A stretch of DNA of 64,000 nucleotides from Somniosus microcephalus (GCA_052327205.1 CM126214.1:138198001-138262000), one strand, 5' to 3'; counted from the stretch's first letter, positions 46,901-61,782 are shown. Notes: generated by a model not told the origin, from the letters alone. Made by a program: numbers and translations.

Positions 46901-49900
46901 GGACTGACTTATTTAGCAAAATTATAAGAATAGCTGGGTCTTCAGAAAGATACTCTGCATACTGATTTGAGCATTGAGGCCTCAAACTTCCTGGTATTCT
47001 AGTTTCCTAAGAAAGGGTGAGGTACACCAAAGTCACTTCTGCTGGTACGCCATGTAACAGTATATACTAGAAATCTCTAAATTATACCCATTCTTCCTGC
47101 TGACGCTTCAGCTGTCAAAGGCTGGAATTTACAAAATCACATTGTACACATCAGGGTTACTCTCACTTTTTGTCAAGGCCACAACCCCCAGAACCCCCCT
47201 CAGCTCACTGGCTTCAGCAACATCCAAAAGCTGGCAAGCTGTGGATAGAAGCTAGAAACACAGGCAGCACCATGTTTGAGCACCCGAGTGGCTCGACTAC
47301 AAGTAGTATTGTATGCTAAAGACTGAAAAATATTGGACAACTCCAAAATTAGTTTTACCAAAAAATGCAAGTTATACCTTCGGTAGCTGACCAACCTCAC
47401 CAATATCTTGTCTCAAGTATCAGACCCTCAACCAGAATCTCCAAGCTCAAAGTCAGATGCTGTTACACGTCTGCTTCCCTTCTGTCACAAATTTGCAAGC
47501 CTCTTAAATGACTTGGGGTGTGTATGATGGAAGAAAGGCGGCAATAAATGAATTCCTTCCTGTACCTCAAGTGCACTTCCTTGCAAGTCAAACCAAGGGT
47601 GGCATAAATGCAGATACACAGACTAGGCTAGACTTGATTTGACTAAAAATCACCAACCACTGGAGAGAAAACAGTACAGGGGAATTGTTTTTTCCCAACC
47701 TTGTATATCAAGACTTACCGATTTAAATTCTGGACTCTATTCAATTTACATCAGTATTCAGGGTTGATTTAACTTCAGAGCTGTGCATCCATGATGTTCC
47801 CTAACAGGCATCAAATACCTTTTAAAATTAAAAACACAGAACTGGTTAGACATGTTTTTGCCACACCCTCATACTATATACACCATACTATAATGAGAAT
47901 GACATCCATGAATATGCTATCATCTAGACTAGCACATCAATATTTACACCCATGATATACGGATGAATCATTACACCGATTACACATTGCAACATAATAC
48001 CATTGCAATTACTCCAAGTCATCAAATACACAAACAGGGAAATCAGCACAAGACTAAGCAATTTTGAAATCTAGGCTAAAAAAATGACTATTGCACTACA
48101 GTGCAAATGGCCATCTGCAACTCACAACTCAGGTATGTAGAGCTCTCTCAGTCCCTACAATTAAGTATACTCTCCATATTAATATGTGGAACTCCACAGC
48201 TGATTATAATTATATGCATTTGATATCCACAACAATCCTGATGTGGTACAGAGCCACACAGACCAAGAGTGACCCAAGTTCAAATCTGAAGGTGTGCAGA
48301 GATAGCTGATCTGACAAACGATGGCAGTGGATGGGCATAGATCAACACCTTCAGGAGAAGAGGGCACACACACACACCTTTGTATGGGTTGGTACCACAG
48401 TGTGGTGCATTCACCTCATGAGCCATCATCGAATGTGTAAACTTTTAAATGCACATTAAAGTTTCTATACAGGATCACTCAACTTCACCTTCAACTGCAT
48501 GATAGAACATCTTCAGAAACATGCCATCTGCAGTCTAAACGTGTACACTCAAACAGTCAAATTCAGCCAAAAACTAGGTTAAAAAGAAAAATCAATTTTC
48601 CACCCACGGGTGTAACTCAAAGTTGCTCAATTCAAATTTTTCTCAGTTCTAAATTCTCACTTTGCTGTTATTTATGTTGCTTTTTTCAAATTATTAGATA
48701 ATTCCATTTGTTTTGTACAAAAGACAGCTTTGATTATCAGTCAACTGCACACAAAATAGAACAGGAAAAACACAAAGATTACAGTTATGGGAGTTTCTTG
48801 CTGAATTCAGTGCTGCCTTTATGCAAATGCTACAAACATACACCTCAGCAATTAATTTCATCCATTTTTCTGTTTTCCTCCAAAAGATAATAAAAAGCCC
48901 AGGAACTGACATTTTCCTGTAAGTGTCATAACTAGTTTTATGACCACAATTGCATCAATAGTGAAGCAGCTCTCTCCAGGCCTGGTAATGAACCCCAGAG
49001 TGCCAACTGGAGTCTGTTTACTCCCAACTTCCAGTAGCAGAATGTTCAAGATAGCTCAAGATATTAAATGAAACAGTAAAGATGATGAACACTCTACATT
49101 ATACTGGATCAAGTTCCAGTTATACCGACAGGGGCAAATGAACAGCATTACAGTGCAACTCGCAGCTATATTTGCTCAGTACTCTAGTTTGCTCCATGCC
49201 TGTGCAGTAGCCCTCCTGTGTTAGTACTCAATGGTTTCTGGAAGGGTGGGAGGGGGGAAGAAAAAAAAAAAATCATACCCTGGCCAGCAAGTAGTTTGAC
49301 CACAGTCCATTTGCATTACATCAGTTCCAGCTGTTATACTACAACCAGCACAATAGGACTGTAAAGTCAGCCTACTACATTAATGAAAGTCTGAACAGTA
49401 GCAATATAAAAGGCATCAATTGCCCATGAACCTGTAAACCATGATATTTCAACACCAATACCAGAATCTATCGCAAGTCGTGAACACAATCTTTTGAGAT
49501 GCGAACTACCAGAAACCATTTTGAGTGCCTATTGCAGTTCAGACAGCATCCAAACTAGTTATTACAGCCTTGCAACATATGCCAGGCCATCTATCCTCTA
49601 TGACAAGCCCCTCACTGATGCATATCCTTCCAGTCAGCTTTTTCGAAGGCCAGAGAAACTTTCCTACAAGAAATGCAATTTTTAAAAAGTACAGAACTTA
49701 GATTTGGAGCAGCTCCACCTCGAACTAATGTAGAGGTAAAAAGAATCATAGTATCTGACTGTAGCAAGTTTGAGACACAGCAGAAAGTGGAAATAGTTGC
49801 TTAAGTTATCAAAACTATTTATGTTAGTATTGATCTTTTAACATTTTTACTTTTCAAAAACATCTATTGATTAAACTACTCGAGTCAAATCTCCCAACTA

Positions 49901-50289
49901 CTTCTGTGATTCTGCTGACTTGCAGTTTAGAGCCTACAATAACACACTTCATCAGTGCTGGTTCTGAGTGCATTGAACAAAGTACAGAAATGAAATTTAG
50001 TGAACACAGCAGCTTAATATTCACTTGTGTATCAAATAAATGTTCAGCATAATTTAGAAACCAGCTAAATGGACACCAACTACATAGTACTCACCCACAT
50101 ATAACCACAAGTTTCCATTTTACACACACAGGACTTAAACTTACTATACAGACACTTACAATTCAGAAATACTGTCCTATCCTATTTAGGTAATATGCCA
50201 TTGATAATGTATTTATAAAACACTACCCACCCATCAAGTAAAATTTGAGGGGAATGATTGCAAGGGTTGGGGTGGGGGGTAGTGTGGAG

Positions 50290-50635
50290 GAGAAGATTTA
50301 GATTAGCTCAGCAAGATTAGTCAGACAGAACAGGAAAATCCCACGTTCAATTCCCAGTATGTCATCTTAGCCAATTTCTCAGCTGGTGTGGCAGGAGTGC
50401 TGCAATCAGCCTCAGTGCCACTGGGCTGGATATGGGGGGGGGGGGGGGGGGGGGGGGGGGGGAGGAGGAGGAGAATCAGCCAGGGTTACAACTCCACATC
50501 ACAATCCAGCAACTTCTTCCGGAACTACACGCAGCGTGTGGATATCAGGGGAGGGTGGAATATAGAAATCAGGCTTGGCTTAACAGCCACCACGGGCAAA
50601 TAGTCTGCCAATATTCATACCCGAGCCGTCACAGT
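50290..50635 (+). mobile_element. Degenerate tRNA-derived SINE with a poly-G run
   Basis: GTTCAATTCCC B-box-like motif. Similar decayed copies at about 52380-52600 and 58920-59190. Confidence 0.5.
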
Positions 50636-53600
50636 AAATAATGATCACTTGCAAGAGATACCAGAGTGAAAAGTGCTTGTAGAATCTTATCCAGAAATGA
50701 GTGAGGAGTGAACACCTCCAGGACGGGAAGAGGTTAAAAAAAAGTCCAAGACAGTAATAAAAAAAGTGAGGAGCTTGAAACTTTGATTCAACCAAAAACT
50801 GGAAAAAAAATGTAGGAGCACCAATAGTTTGAAGACCACCAAAATTTAAAGAAAACAAGCATGTCTCGGGGATAGTTTGAAAGTACTGTCCACCTATAAT
50901 CCCAATTCATTCTCTCATTTTCCAGGAAGTGACTTTTGTCTCAGTAAAAGGTCTTGCTATAGCCATCATAATCTCTATCAATGTATCATCCTTAAGGTTT
51001 ACAACTGATAGGAAAAAGGATTATGGGTTTTGCATACAGTATAGTTCCTGCCAGGGCTGCAAGAGAAAGCCAAGATAGTAAACTGCCACATTTGAGGAAC
51101 GAAAATGTTATAGTAGACAATATCTGAATTTGAAGATCAAAAGGGACAGGAGAGGAAGTTGCTATCAAGGCAGCAAGGGAAGTTTAAGTAACCTAAACCT
51201 ACAATGCCAGTCATATTCACTTGTGATGCAAACGGATCTGAGATGGTGCAAGACTAAATTATATAAAATATAATAGCATTTGCTGGTTTAGTGGCACTTA
51301 CTGCTGATTTGCTTTGAGAATATTTCCTGACAGCACTTGCATTTGCTGCTGCTACTCTGTGGTCACATCTGCAGCTTTACTGCTCATATCTACCCAAAAA
51401 TGGAACAGTGATGGTACAGTACTCAAACAGAGGAAATACACACAAAATGTTAGATATAGAATTATGCACAGAGTATCTTGGTTTCCTTTTGTATATTGTA
51501 CAATAAGTGGCAGATCAAGATAACCCATAGGAACTAGAGGTTTACCAGCACACAAAAAGTTTACTCAGTAGCCATATTGTATTAAACACCCAAGTGCCAG
51601 CTCATGGGATCATTGTTTGGAACTTCACTGTGCCTAGTTTTTTAAAATACTGATTGTGAGGATTGCACTATAAGCACATGAGTCCACATGTCCATTAACA
51701 TATACCATTTGTATTACAGCAGAATCCAGAATGGGATAGGTGTTTGCACAGCAGTATAGTTTAGTACTGCTGGTGCTCACTATGACTGACTGCAGCACAG
51801 GATGCAGAGTGTTAATTAGGTAAGTATCATTTGTAAAGGGTGGTGAGAAAGAACGGTTGCTGCATACCACAACACTGTATATGCATTATCAAAATTCTCT
51901 CAGGACAAATACCTTTCATTCATTTCAAACCAGCAGGAAAATAAATTGGATAGCTAAATAAGGCACAACAACTCTGAACTACATTTGCTATTTATTTTAA
52001 ATACACTATCCTTCACACTACCTGCACTAAAAATTCACATTTGTCAGCAACTTGCAGGTTTTAGATCTCAGGTTTCTCTGGAAATATTTTACCTATTTCT
52101 AAGAATATTGTTTTGAATGGGAATGGAGCATAAGTAAAACTTCAGCTTGCCTATGTTTTTTGCCAACTTTCTTCACACTCACCCCCTCCCTTCTGAAGGT
52201 ATTGATGCTTGCTGGGGTGTAGTCACACAGGTATGGGGCATTCACCAGCACCTTGTTCAAGCTGCAATTCTTCTGTGCGCAAAAGTATCATAGTTGAGCT
52301 CAATCCAGTTCCTCAAACATCTACGAATGCGTACTTTCCAGCAAGGGTCATTGGATAGCACCAGAAACATAACAGAGTTCATTTCCCTTCCTTAGCCCAA
52401 GGAAGCAGAAGCCAATTTAAGCACCCTTACTGTCACCTTTGCTGAGACCAGCTAATTCAGCACAGACACAAACTGAAGTGTAGAATAGAAAAGATAATCT
52501 ATAAATGCATAATTCTGAAAACTGAAACCAGGATTGGGATTAGCCCATTCTGATCTGTATGGCTCAGCTATACAGTAGCTTTACCAAATGAACTAATGGG
52601 AGCAGTAGCCACTATTGCTACTTAACATTTTAAGTGCTGGATGACATGTACAGCAATCCTTTTCTTAAAATGGCAAGACTGAATTAGAATCACTACTTAA
52701 CACTGCAGTAATTCACTCTTATTGGCATTTATACAAGTAACCCACAAAAAGAGTGTTTTGGTACACTCCCATTTCACATTCAGAATACTGAAATACTTTT
52801 TGAACCACTGAGTTATTATACTAGATTCCACCACCCCACAGCAAATTCTTAGGGGGGAAAGTCATAATATTTAGCATTTATATTTCATTTTAACATCGTA
52901 AAAATTTAAAATAAAAGTAATTTTAGGCCATTAGTTTAATGGGCCTCTTTTCTGGTTCAACCTGAAATGGAGTTTGCATAACAGTCAGTTCACTAAATAG
53001 AATAGGTGGGTGGGGTTGCTCCTTGTATGAGATATAAATTTCCTATTGTATTATTTACAAAATTACAGGGCTAAAGTCACAGCAGTTACCTAAAAAAGCA
53101 ATCAACCAAACCTTTCGAGTTTGACATTGCAGGCATATTGTGCACATTTATCAGTTGCTATTTCAATCTGCTGGCTGCTAAAACACAAAAATGGACACTT
53201 TTTAAAAAAATTGTTAAAGATCAACTGGAACACAAAGTACAAGGTGAACTAGTACAAAGCAAGAACACATAGCAACCAACCACCAACTTCCTATAAAGTG
53301 ATATACTGCTACAAAACTAGCAGAAGACCCAGGGCTGTTGAAAAAGACAACCGAATATGTCTCTAATTTAGGGAACCATTTAAACCCAACAACCCTATGC
53401 AGTACAGGATGTATGTGTAATGCAAACATCAATGCTGTCTATTACCAGTAAAGACTTATTGAAAATTTAGATAAGTGTATGAAGCCTCCAAGGTCACAAT
53501 CCACAAGCCCAACAGGCAGTCTGACATGCCTAATGTGAAGGACAGATGTGGCTTTTAGTTTAACAGCACAACACAGGAGGCTGCCTGTATATCAAAAACA

Positions 53601-56600
53601 GCTCTGAAAGGAAGGGTGGGAAACAGACACTAGCCTAGTAACCACTTCTATTTGTACAAAGCAACCCACTAAAAAATAGCCTACTAAACCAGGCATTTCA
53701 CAATTTTTGTGTATAAAAAAAAGACACTTAGATTTTTCCAAAAGCAAGATGTCTGACAGAAAGTATCCATTTTCAAACACAAGCCTTCAACCAGATTGCA
53801 CACAATATTTTCCTTTTAGAAAAAATAAGTGCATTATCCTCATACAATGAAAGACTGTACTTTTAACAGACACAGTAAATTGATTCCATACATTCCTTGC
53901 CCTTTTCCAACCCTCACCTACAACAAAAGCTGATTTCTGTATCAAAGTATTTGCTATAAAACATCACAAAACCATCAACTGTACTTGGATACAGTAACAA
54001 AACCCAGACTAAATGTATATAAAACTACATCACAGAAAGCATATATTTTGTTTACTGTACTGAAAGTGCATTCTGCTTTATGACTCAGACTATTTTAGAA
54101 GCCTTGATTTTTGGATTGTAAAATACTACTTCAACAGGAAATCAGGATTTTATATTTACACTGAACTTAAAGGAAATTGAAAAAACAAACAAGGCAGTTG
54201 GATATTTACCATACATTTGTTTTCAATGGCTTACATATAGATTAGAGTTGTTCTATACTACATCTAAATAAAAATGAGGACTCGTCACATCATGCACAGC
54301 TTTGAATAAGGCAAAACAAAAACAAGTGGCAACTGAATTTTATTCTGAACTGCCAAAAGCAGCTGACACTTCAACTCCCCAGCATCATAGGAGGTTCGGG
54401 TTAACCTTTTACAGGGCTTCTGCAACAATAGTGCTGCTGTGATCATTATTCTGCCTGTGGAGGATATCAGTTTCAACATCACGATTATCAAATGCAGCAT
54501 TTCCTTGATCAATGAATCACACTGGAAAAAAAGTCTGCAACTTTTAGGGGTTGGGGGAGGAAGAGAAATTATGACTGTGCATTGACATTGGGTTTTTTTC
54601 CCCCTGAAATGTGGCTGAGAATTAACAATACAATTTAGAGAAACTAGCTCATAAAATCCTGTTGCCTTCTGTATATAGCGCTGCTTTAAAATTAGACTTA
54701 GAAAATAAGGGTCTAAGAACTTCCTCCATGCATGTTGAAAAGGGGATATTCAGAAAATTTAAGTCATTTAAAAAAAGGAAATAGTAAAACGGTACCATTT
54801 TAGGGACAAAAGGTTTTACCAATTTTTTTGTAACACATGACTGAACCCACAAGATAAAGACTAGTCTTTTCACTTCCTGGTACATTTTCTAGCTACATAA
54901 TTATATTCAACTATGATACTTAAACCCTTACAGCTGCTCACATCTAATAATTTATTTTTAATATGTGATATGTTCCAATATTTAGTTACTAGGTTCCTTT
55001 GATTATTTTTCAATAAGATTTTAAATTGACATGGTTCTCTTGAAGAACTGATATGCAACAAAGGGTGCAGATCAGAAGCTGAAGTTCATGTATTGCAAAA
55101 CTTTGTGCAAGCATTAAGCAGCCAAAGGTCCTTTTAACAGCACTAAACAGCTTTTTTTGGTCTATGGCATCACTGGAATAGTCTTCAATATTTTTTCTAA
55201 CTTTAAACACTAAATAATTAAATCTGGCCCACCAGGGCATTCTAGTTTTGTCTCAAGACAGAAATACATATTCTGATGTGCTAAATTTGAACGTAAAGCT
55301 ATCAAATAGCTCTGAAAGGCCATTCAATGGTTCTTTCATCTGTACTGCATGTGTGTAGTCAGCAAACAAGTACAGTATTGAAATCTAGAACTACTGTTTC
55401 TAAAACAAACATTTCAATTAAACACATCAAGCCAATTTCAAAAAGTACACAAAAATCAACCTTGAGACATTTTTTAAAAACATTCATAGGATATACAGCA
55501 CAGAAACAGGCTATTCAGCCCAACCAGTCCCTGAAGGAGAGCCAGCTAGCTGCCACTGACCTTTGTTAAAGACTAAAAGTTCCAATCAAGGTTGCAGAGA
55601 CCAAGACAAAAAAAATACATTAAAACTACAATTTCTCTGGAATTTTCTAGTCTCTCAGTTCAGGTAAGCCTGATAAAGCACTTTATTCTCAACTTGTGAA
55701 CATTTGTCCAGCAGCCCTGGTTTCAATCAGTCAATTAGTAACTAATTATTAGTCCAATCTACAATGCAGTCCCTTGGTTTAGGTTGTAATGTGTTCTGAA
55801 ACAACCTGTTAGTACAGTGCTTGAAGTGGTTTTTAAACACAGATTTCTATTCACTAAAACTTGTGCACTTTTGTCCAATTCATTATTGGAATAGAAATAA
55901 GTACAAATTACAATTCACTGTTCAAAAGTGTTTTCTGATATTTAACACATTATGTAAAAAAAAAGTTAGTAGTAAGTTAATTAGTTAAGATAACCACTGG
56001 ATTGAAAATAAAACCCTAAAATCAAAGTCAAAAAAGTTATTTCCAGCAGTCTCAAGATTCAGAAGCAGAGTTTCTGTTCTTTTAAAAAAGGAATCAAGAA
56101 TGCAACAAAAGCAATATGGAGAGGCTTTTTTGTTACATACAAGTATTTTGCAATAAGTTACATTAATTAGCACTGCTTTGTGGAAAATACTATAAATACC
56201 TCTATACGTTTTTAGTCATTACGTTAAAAAAAATTACAGTACAGTTCAAAAGCGACTTTCAGCACACATGTCTAAACATGGCGTGAAGGCATTCAAGCTA
56301 TTGTCATGTCATTGTGCTTGATACCTTTTCTCCTAACACAACCCCCAACCATACCGTCATGGTATTAGTCAGCAAGTCACTGCCTGCTTTAAGCAGATAA
56401 AGTCTGAATAACCTTCGATTTCCAACCGAATTCTTAGATACTATTCAACAGATACTTAAAAAAAACACCAGCCACTTAAAAGTTCCTTTAAAGATCTTCA
56501 CAAGATAAGAGGTAAGCGACCAACAGCCAACACAATCCGAGACCATGTGATCCGGGAGTTGCTGATTAGAATAAAAACGAAGTGTGTTGAAAGCCACAAT

Positions 56601-57476
56601 CTTCTCAATTGAACTGCCTCGCAAAATAAAGTTCGGTCTTATTCCGAATGCCTTTTATAAAATATAAATGTCCCGATTACCCCATAAAAAGTGAACTTAG
56701 AGTAATCGTCACCATATGATATAGAAGCAATTAATAAATGGAACTCCGGTTAAGTTTTCTTCCCCCCACAAAAAATAAATATATATATTTTTTTAAGCTG
56801 TTCGTTTGCGGTTGTTCTATTGATCGCTATATACAATCTGCATCGTTCAGAAAACATCGCCCACTGAGGACACAAACGCAACCCAAACGAAACAAAAAGA
56901 ATCTGACAGCGATCAATGAACTTTCATAATGACTAACAAGGCTGCCTCAGACCTTCAAGCCACAGTTCATTAATAAAATTCCCCTCCTTTATAAACTCTA
57001 CCTTTTTTTAATGTAATATATTTATATAACGTATATAACCAAGACGGATCAGACCCAGGGTTTCATTTTCTCTATTCGCAAAAGTTAAGATTTTTTTTAT
57101 ATCAAAAAGGGGAAAAAATCCCAGATAATTTTTTTTTGTAGCTGAGCTGAGGCTCCCGTTGACTTTTTCCTGTTTGGAGCGGTTGTTGATGTGTTTGCAT
57201 ACAGTAGCTGCATGAAGTGCTCATTTCGTAATACGAGGACGACCTTTCGAATTAGAGCCGCTTGCAACAACAACAACAACAACAAAAAAGCCCCACTTTA
57301 ATAGAGATAAAGACAAGTTTAAATAGACCCATATATTCTGTAACTGCAACAAACAAACAGAAAAACACACACCCGTTCCCTTCCTCTGACTAACCTGCCT
57401 CTCTCTCTCTGGACTCATCCCCTGAAGCCCTTTATTCTAAGCTATCTCATTATTTATGACTCGGCTGCCCTCCTAC

Positions 57477-57590
57477 CTTGCGCTGCCTGTGCTATAGGTG
57501 CAGGCTCCGTGCAGTTGCTCGCTGCTCCCTTTGCCGTGTTATATTCCGCCGATAATGCTCCAGCGCTCGCACCGCCTCGCGCTCCCCCCC
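57477..57590 (-). other. ZNF217: Probable non-coding exon 1 of ZNF217
   Basis: Donor CAAG|GTAGGA at 57477/57476 lies just downstream (minus strand) of the only host-like CpG island in the window. TSS position is inferred, not seen. Confidence 0.6.
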
Positions 57591-57700
57591 CCCCCGACGT
57601 CACGTGCCCCCCCCCCCGCGCGCGCACGCGCGCGCGCTTTAAGGATTGACACCGTGCCCGCGCTTTCACGTGCATGCGCTGCCTTCTATCTGTGCGTGTG
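57480..57700 (-). promoter_or_regulatory. CpG-island promoter with CRE/E-box and NRF1-like motifs
   Basis: Dense CpG cluster in an AT-rich background. GACGTCACGTG at about 57596-57606, GCGCGCGCACGCGCGCGC at about 57618-57637, CACGTGCATGCGC at about 57667-57679. Confidence 0.7.
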
Positions 57701-58659
57701 TCTCTCTCTTTCTCTCTGTCACACTTTCCTGGTGTGCACTGCCTCTGGTTTTGAGGGGGAGAAAGGTGAAAAACATGAAATAATAATTCATGAACTGAGT
57801 CGAACCAGAGATCGCAACTTTTTTTGTTCTCCTCTTCAACAAGGATTTGTTTTGAAACTTTGTACTCTACAACCACGTGGGCAAAGAGTGACAAAAGCGT
57901 AGGGTTGCTAACCTATTTGCCAATCAGCAATGATTCTCTACATTTTTACCCTGTGTTCTTTTGGAATCTTTGTTTTGTGCTAAAACTTTAAAATTCACTT
58001 TTTGTTGGTTCTTCTCTATACAGATTTGGGATATTTCTATTACATTTCCCCTGATTCCCAAATTTCACTTCACTTTTTGATGTGGATGATATCTTCTTTC
58101 TGTTTGCTTACTCTAAAGACTCCCATGCAGCTGCCTAGGTCTTACTATGAAAAATCTATGAGCCATGCCAGAACAGGTGATATTCAGCAGAAATATGGAA
58201 ATTATTGCCAAAGCAATTAGAAGGTGTATTATATTAGTTTGTATTTGAAATGCACTTATGTTACATTACAATAATTCACGGAGTAATCGGAACAATATTC
58301 CACAATCACATGAATGTACCACACATGCAAATGATTAAACTGGAGACAGATTAAACCATGATCAGACCATAATGGAATACTTTCTGTATTCAGTGGTCAT
58401 TTACCATGTATTTTTGCTTATACACAATGGTCACGGGAGACCATTCAACCCATCTAGTTTATTGTTTCACAGAAACCTATAATTCCCTCTTCAAAGCATC
58501 TAACTGCTAATGCCATGAAAAGGCATTTTAAATATATGTTTACCCCATCAGAAGATTGCTAGTCACAGCATTGTTAAGGCATGTCACAATGAGTATCACA
58601 GTGAGTTAGACAAACACAATTATTCTGGCTTGTTCCTAGGTCCCAATTAATTACCTAGA

Positions 58660-58835
58660 ATTATACAGAATGTACAGCACAGAAGCAGGCCATTTGGCCC
58701 AACTGGTCCATGCTGGTGTTTATGCTCCACACAAGCCTCCTCCCACCCTACTTCACCTAACCCCATCAGCATAACCTACTATTCCTTTCTCCCTCATGTG
58801 TTTATCTAGCTTTACTTTAAATGCATCTATGTTAA
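58660..58835 (-). mobile_element. CR1 3' UTR fragment
   Basis: Homologous to 2440-2600 (ACAGCACAGAAGCAGGCCATTTGGCCC...CTATTCCTTTCTCCCTCATG). Confidence 0.8.
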
Positions 58836-59344
58836 CTATTTACGGTTGTGTTAAGTAGAATTTATTCAATGATTGGGATATATATATAGAATAATAAATA
58901 ACTTTGCTCCCACTACAACTCAGTGAGTTTATTCAGTGAGTGGCTGAGCCATGTAGTCAAGGACCTTTCCAGGCTCTGTTCATTGTCTATGTTGAGTTAG
59001 AGGTTCTCAGCTGGGGTGACAATAGAGCTGTTAAAATTAGTTTCAGCCTCCCTGCATTAGGGAAGGGAAAATCAAGGAAGCTCAAAGCACTGATCCCAAT
59101 GCTGTAACTTCTGCTTGAAGTACGCATGTGATATATTGGGCTTGAGCTGTGATGGTCCTACAGTCGATTTGCCTGCTGACACTCATTTGGGTAACATATT
59201 GAAGGATAACTTTAAGCAGAATCATGACATTGTATAACAGCCTTGAATTAGTTCCCAGCTATTTATTTTATAGATGGCACACTTTTAAGGATCATTTTTT
59301 AAATAATTTTTCTTTTCTGACAGAAGTTCACAGAAACAGAAATC

Positions 59345-59658
59345 ACAGAAACCCCACAGTGCAGATAGAGGCCATTTCAGCCTGCACCGACACATATCCC
59401 ACCTGATCCCCTACACCAACACATATCCCACCCTATCTCTGTAACCCCACATATTTAATCCCCCTAACACTAAGGGTCAATTTATCATAGCCAATCAACC
59501 TAACCCGCACATCTTTGGACTGTGGGAGGAAACCGGAGCACCCAGAGAAAACCCACGCAAACACGGGGAGAATGTGCAAACTCCACACAGACAGTCGCCC
59601 GAGGCCAGATTCGAACCCGGGTCTGTGAGGCAACAGTGCTAACCACTATGCCACCGTG
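59345..59658 (-). mobile_element. V-SINE (HE1-like)
   Basis: On the minus strand: A box GTGGCATAGTGG, B box GGTTCGAATC, and V-domain TGTGTGGAGTTTGCACATTCTCCCCGTG...CCGGTTTCCTCCCACAGTCCAAAGA. Confidence 0.9.
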
Positions 59659-59668
59659 TTCCACTGAC

Positions 59669-60070
59669 AAAAATTCTCATCCTTGTTTTCAAATCTCTCC
59701 ATGGTCTCACCCCTCCCTATCTCTGTAATCTCCTCCAGCCCTACAACCCCCCGAGATATCTGCGCTCCTCTAATTCTGTCCTCTTGAGCATCCTTGGTTA
59801 TAATCGTTCAACCATTGGTGGCCATGCCTTCTGTTGCCTGGACCCTAAGCTCTGGAATTCCCTGCCTAAACCTCTCCATCTCTCTACCTCTCGTTCCTCC
59901 TTTAAGACGCTCCCTAAAACCTACCTCTTTGACCAGGCCTTTGGTCACCTGCCCTAATTTCTCCTTATGTGGCTCGGTGTCAAATTTTTTGTCTTATAAT
60001 ACTCCCGTGAAGCGCCTTGGGACATTTTACTACGTTAAAGGTGCTATATAAATACAAGTTGTTGTTGTTG
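59669..60070 (+). mobile_element. L2-clade LINE 3' end
   Basis: KILILVFKSLHGLTPPYL peptide, then the tail GTGAAGCGCCTTGGGACATTTTACTACGTTAAAGGTGCTATATAAAT and (GTT)n. Confidence 0.88.
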
Positions 60071-61782
60071 TACGCTGTTTTGCGCTTAATGGAAGGCAAT
60101 TTAGCAGCCAATTGTGAGATGGACGCTAAAGGTTTATGATACCTTATGAGAGATTCTATAGTATTACATGATTTTTTTCCACCATTAATATATATATTCA
60201 TAAAGAATAAGTATCTGAGGATGTGCTATATCATATTCATGTGTTTGCACAGTTTCATAGACTGAGAGGGTGCAGCTGAAGTAGTTTATACAGTCATCTA
60301 AACCCCAGGACTGTGTTACATCTGTCACACTATCATCCAGATATTAATGTTTATAATAATATTTTAATTCTGTTTTCTATTGAGTATTCTAATTTGAATT
60401 TTGCTATTGGAGCTTGTAACTTCCATTACTACCAGGAACCCTTCCTTAGCATTATTACTACAAATCAAATCTGTAGAGAGTATACTAAAGCATACTATAA
60501 AGTAAAGTTGGTATCCTCTTCAATTTCCTTTGGGGATCAGATAGAAATTTCTGAGGTTTCTTTTTTTGAATCAATGATTATTTCCTTCCCTTGGGATATT
60601 AGGTAGGCTGGAGAGGCCATGGAAATCAGAAAGAGTTTGCTTGATTGGGCAAATGACCTTTTCTCATTCAGTAGCTTCCTAAGTTATTTTACATTTGTTG
60701 GGCACATAACAAGAAGTGGGGGGAGGGACAAGGTTATAACCATCAGAATCATGACTGTCTCACGTGACAAGAAGTGCAGAGAGGAAATTTTCCCAGGGAA
60801 TCTATTATTTCCTCTCTGCACGTCATGTAGTGAAATTGAAACACGTTCTTTATAAATGCATTTATGGTTGCACTACACATAGCACATAGAGGAAATCTTC
60901 CTGCTAACTCAGGATTACAATTACCCAATGTATATATGTAATATATTCTTGTGATGTGCACAAAAATAATTTTAGTGAAATCTGGTATTGATGTCTTATG
61001 GATTAAATTATATCCATCAGACAAAAGGTAACTCTACTGTCTATGTATCTGGGATATGCCTTTAATAGGTTTAAGCAAAACATATAAATGATTCCACATC
61101 AACTTTCCCTGGCAAGACTTTACTGCATCTAGTTGGTGTGAAATTATTTTTTCTGCAGCATCTGTAGTAGATGTAAACACATTGATGCACTACAGATGCT
61201 GTGTCTATAGTACACACATGTGTATGTTTATGGATTTGTGAGGCCTGTTTCTGTCGGCCAATTTAACTGTGACTTAAAACAGGCCCTTGTAAACTGGTTT
61301 TGACGATCAGTACCAACAATCTATTTCATGTTTGTCAACAGACTATATGATGTTGTACTGCTCATTTTCCATTACAAATAGAAAATAACAGAAGCAGAAA
61401 GAGATTTTTTTTCTTTCTTAAATATATATTTTTCTGAAAGCCATGGAGATGCACACAATCATGTGCGTGCACACACACACACTCACACTCACACACACAT
61501 TCACACACACAAACAACAGAACATAGTTGGTTTTATAATCTGCCTTTTATTTCAGTCCTCAGAAAGAGCCAACTAATTCTTTTGTGACACGTATTTATAA
61601 GTATATAGTCTTTCTCACTGATAAAAGCCACATTACACCTTGTCATGATCACTTTTAAAACAGCTTACAATCCAATAATAGTATCTGAATAAAAGCAAAA
61701 CACAAAAAACAGGTGCTAGGAGTTCTGAATACAGTAAAGTTTGAAATATTAGTGGACAGTTTCAATCAATTTTTAACAGCAT

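Noticed and set aside
50434-50462. Long poly-G run (others near 7422, 15977 and 16719) as functional G-quadruplexes
   Set aside because: Simple homopolymers, often inside repeats, with lengths prone to slippage and sequencing error.
46510-57400. Numerous 60-90 aa ORFs in AT-rich intron 1 (also 20-35 kb)
   Set aside because: Random-length ORFs, often with non-ATG starts, with no domains or splice support. Conserved non-coding elements may exist but need alignments to detect.
59590-59658. tRNA-like A/B boxes as a tRNA gene
   Set aside because: They form the head of a V-SINE, with no full cloverleaf.
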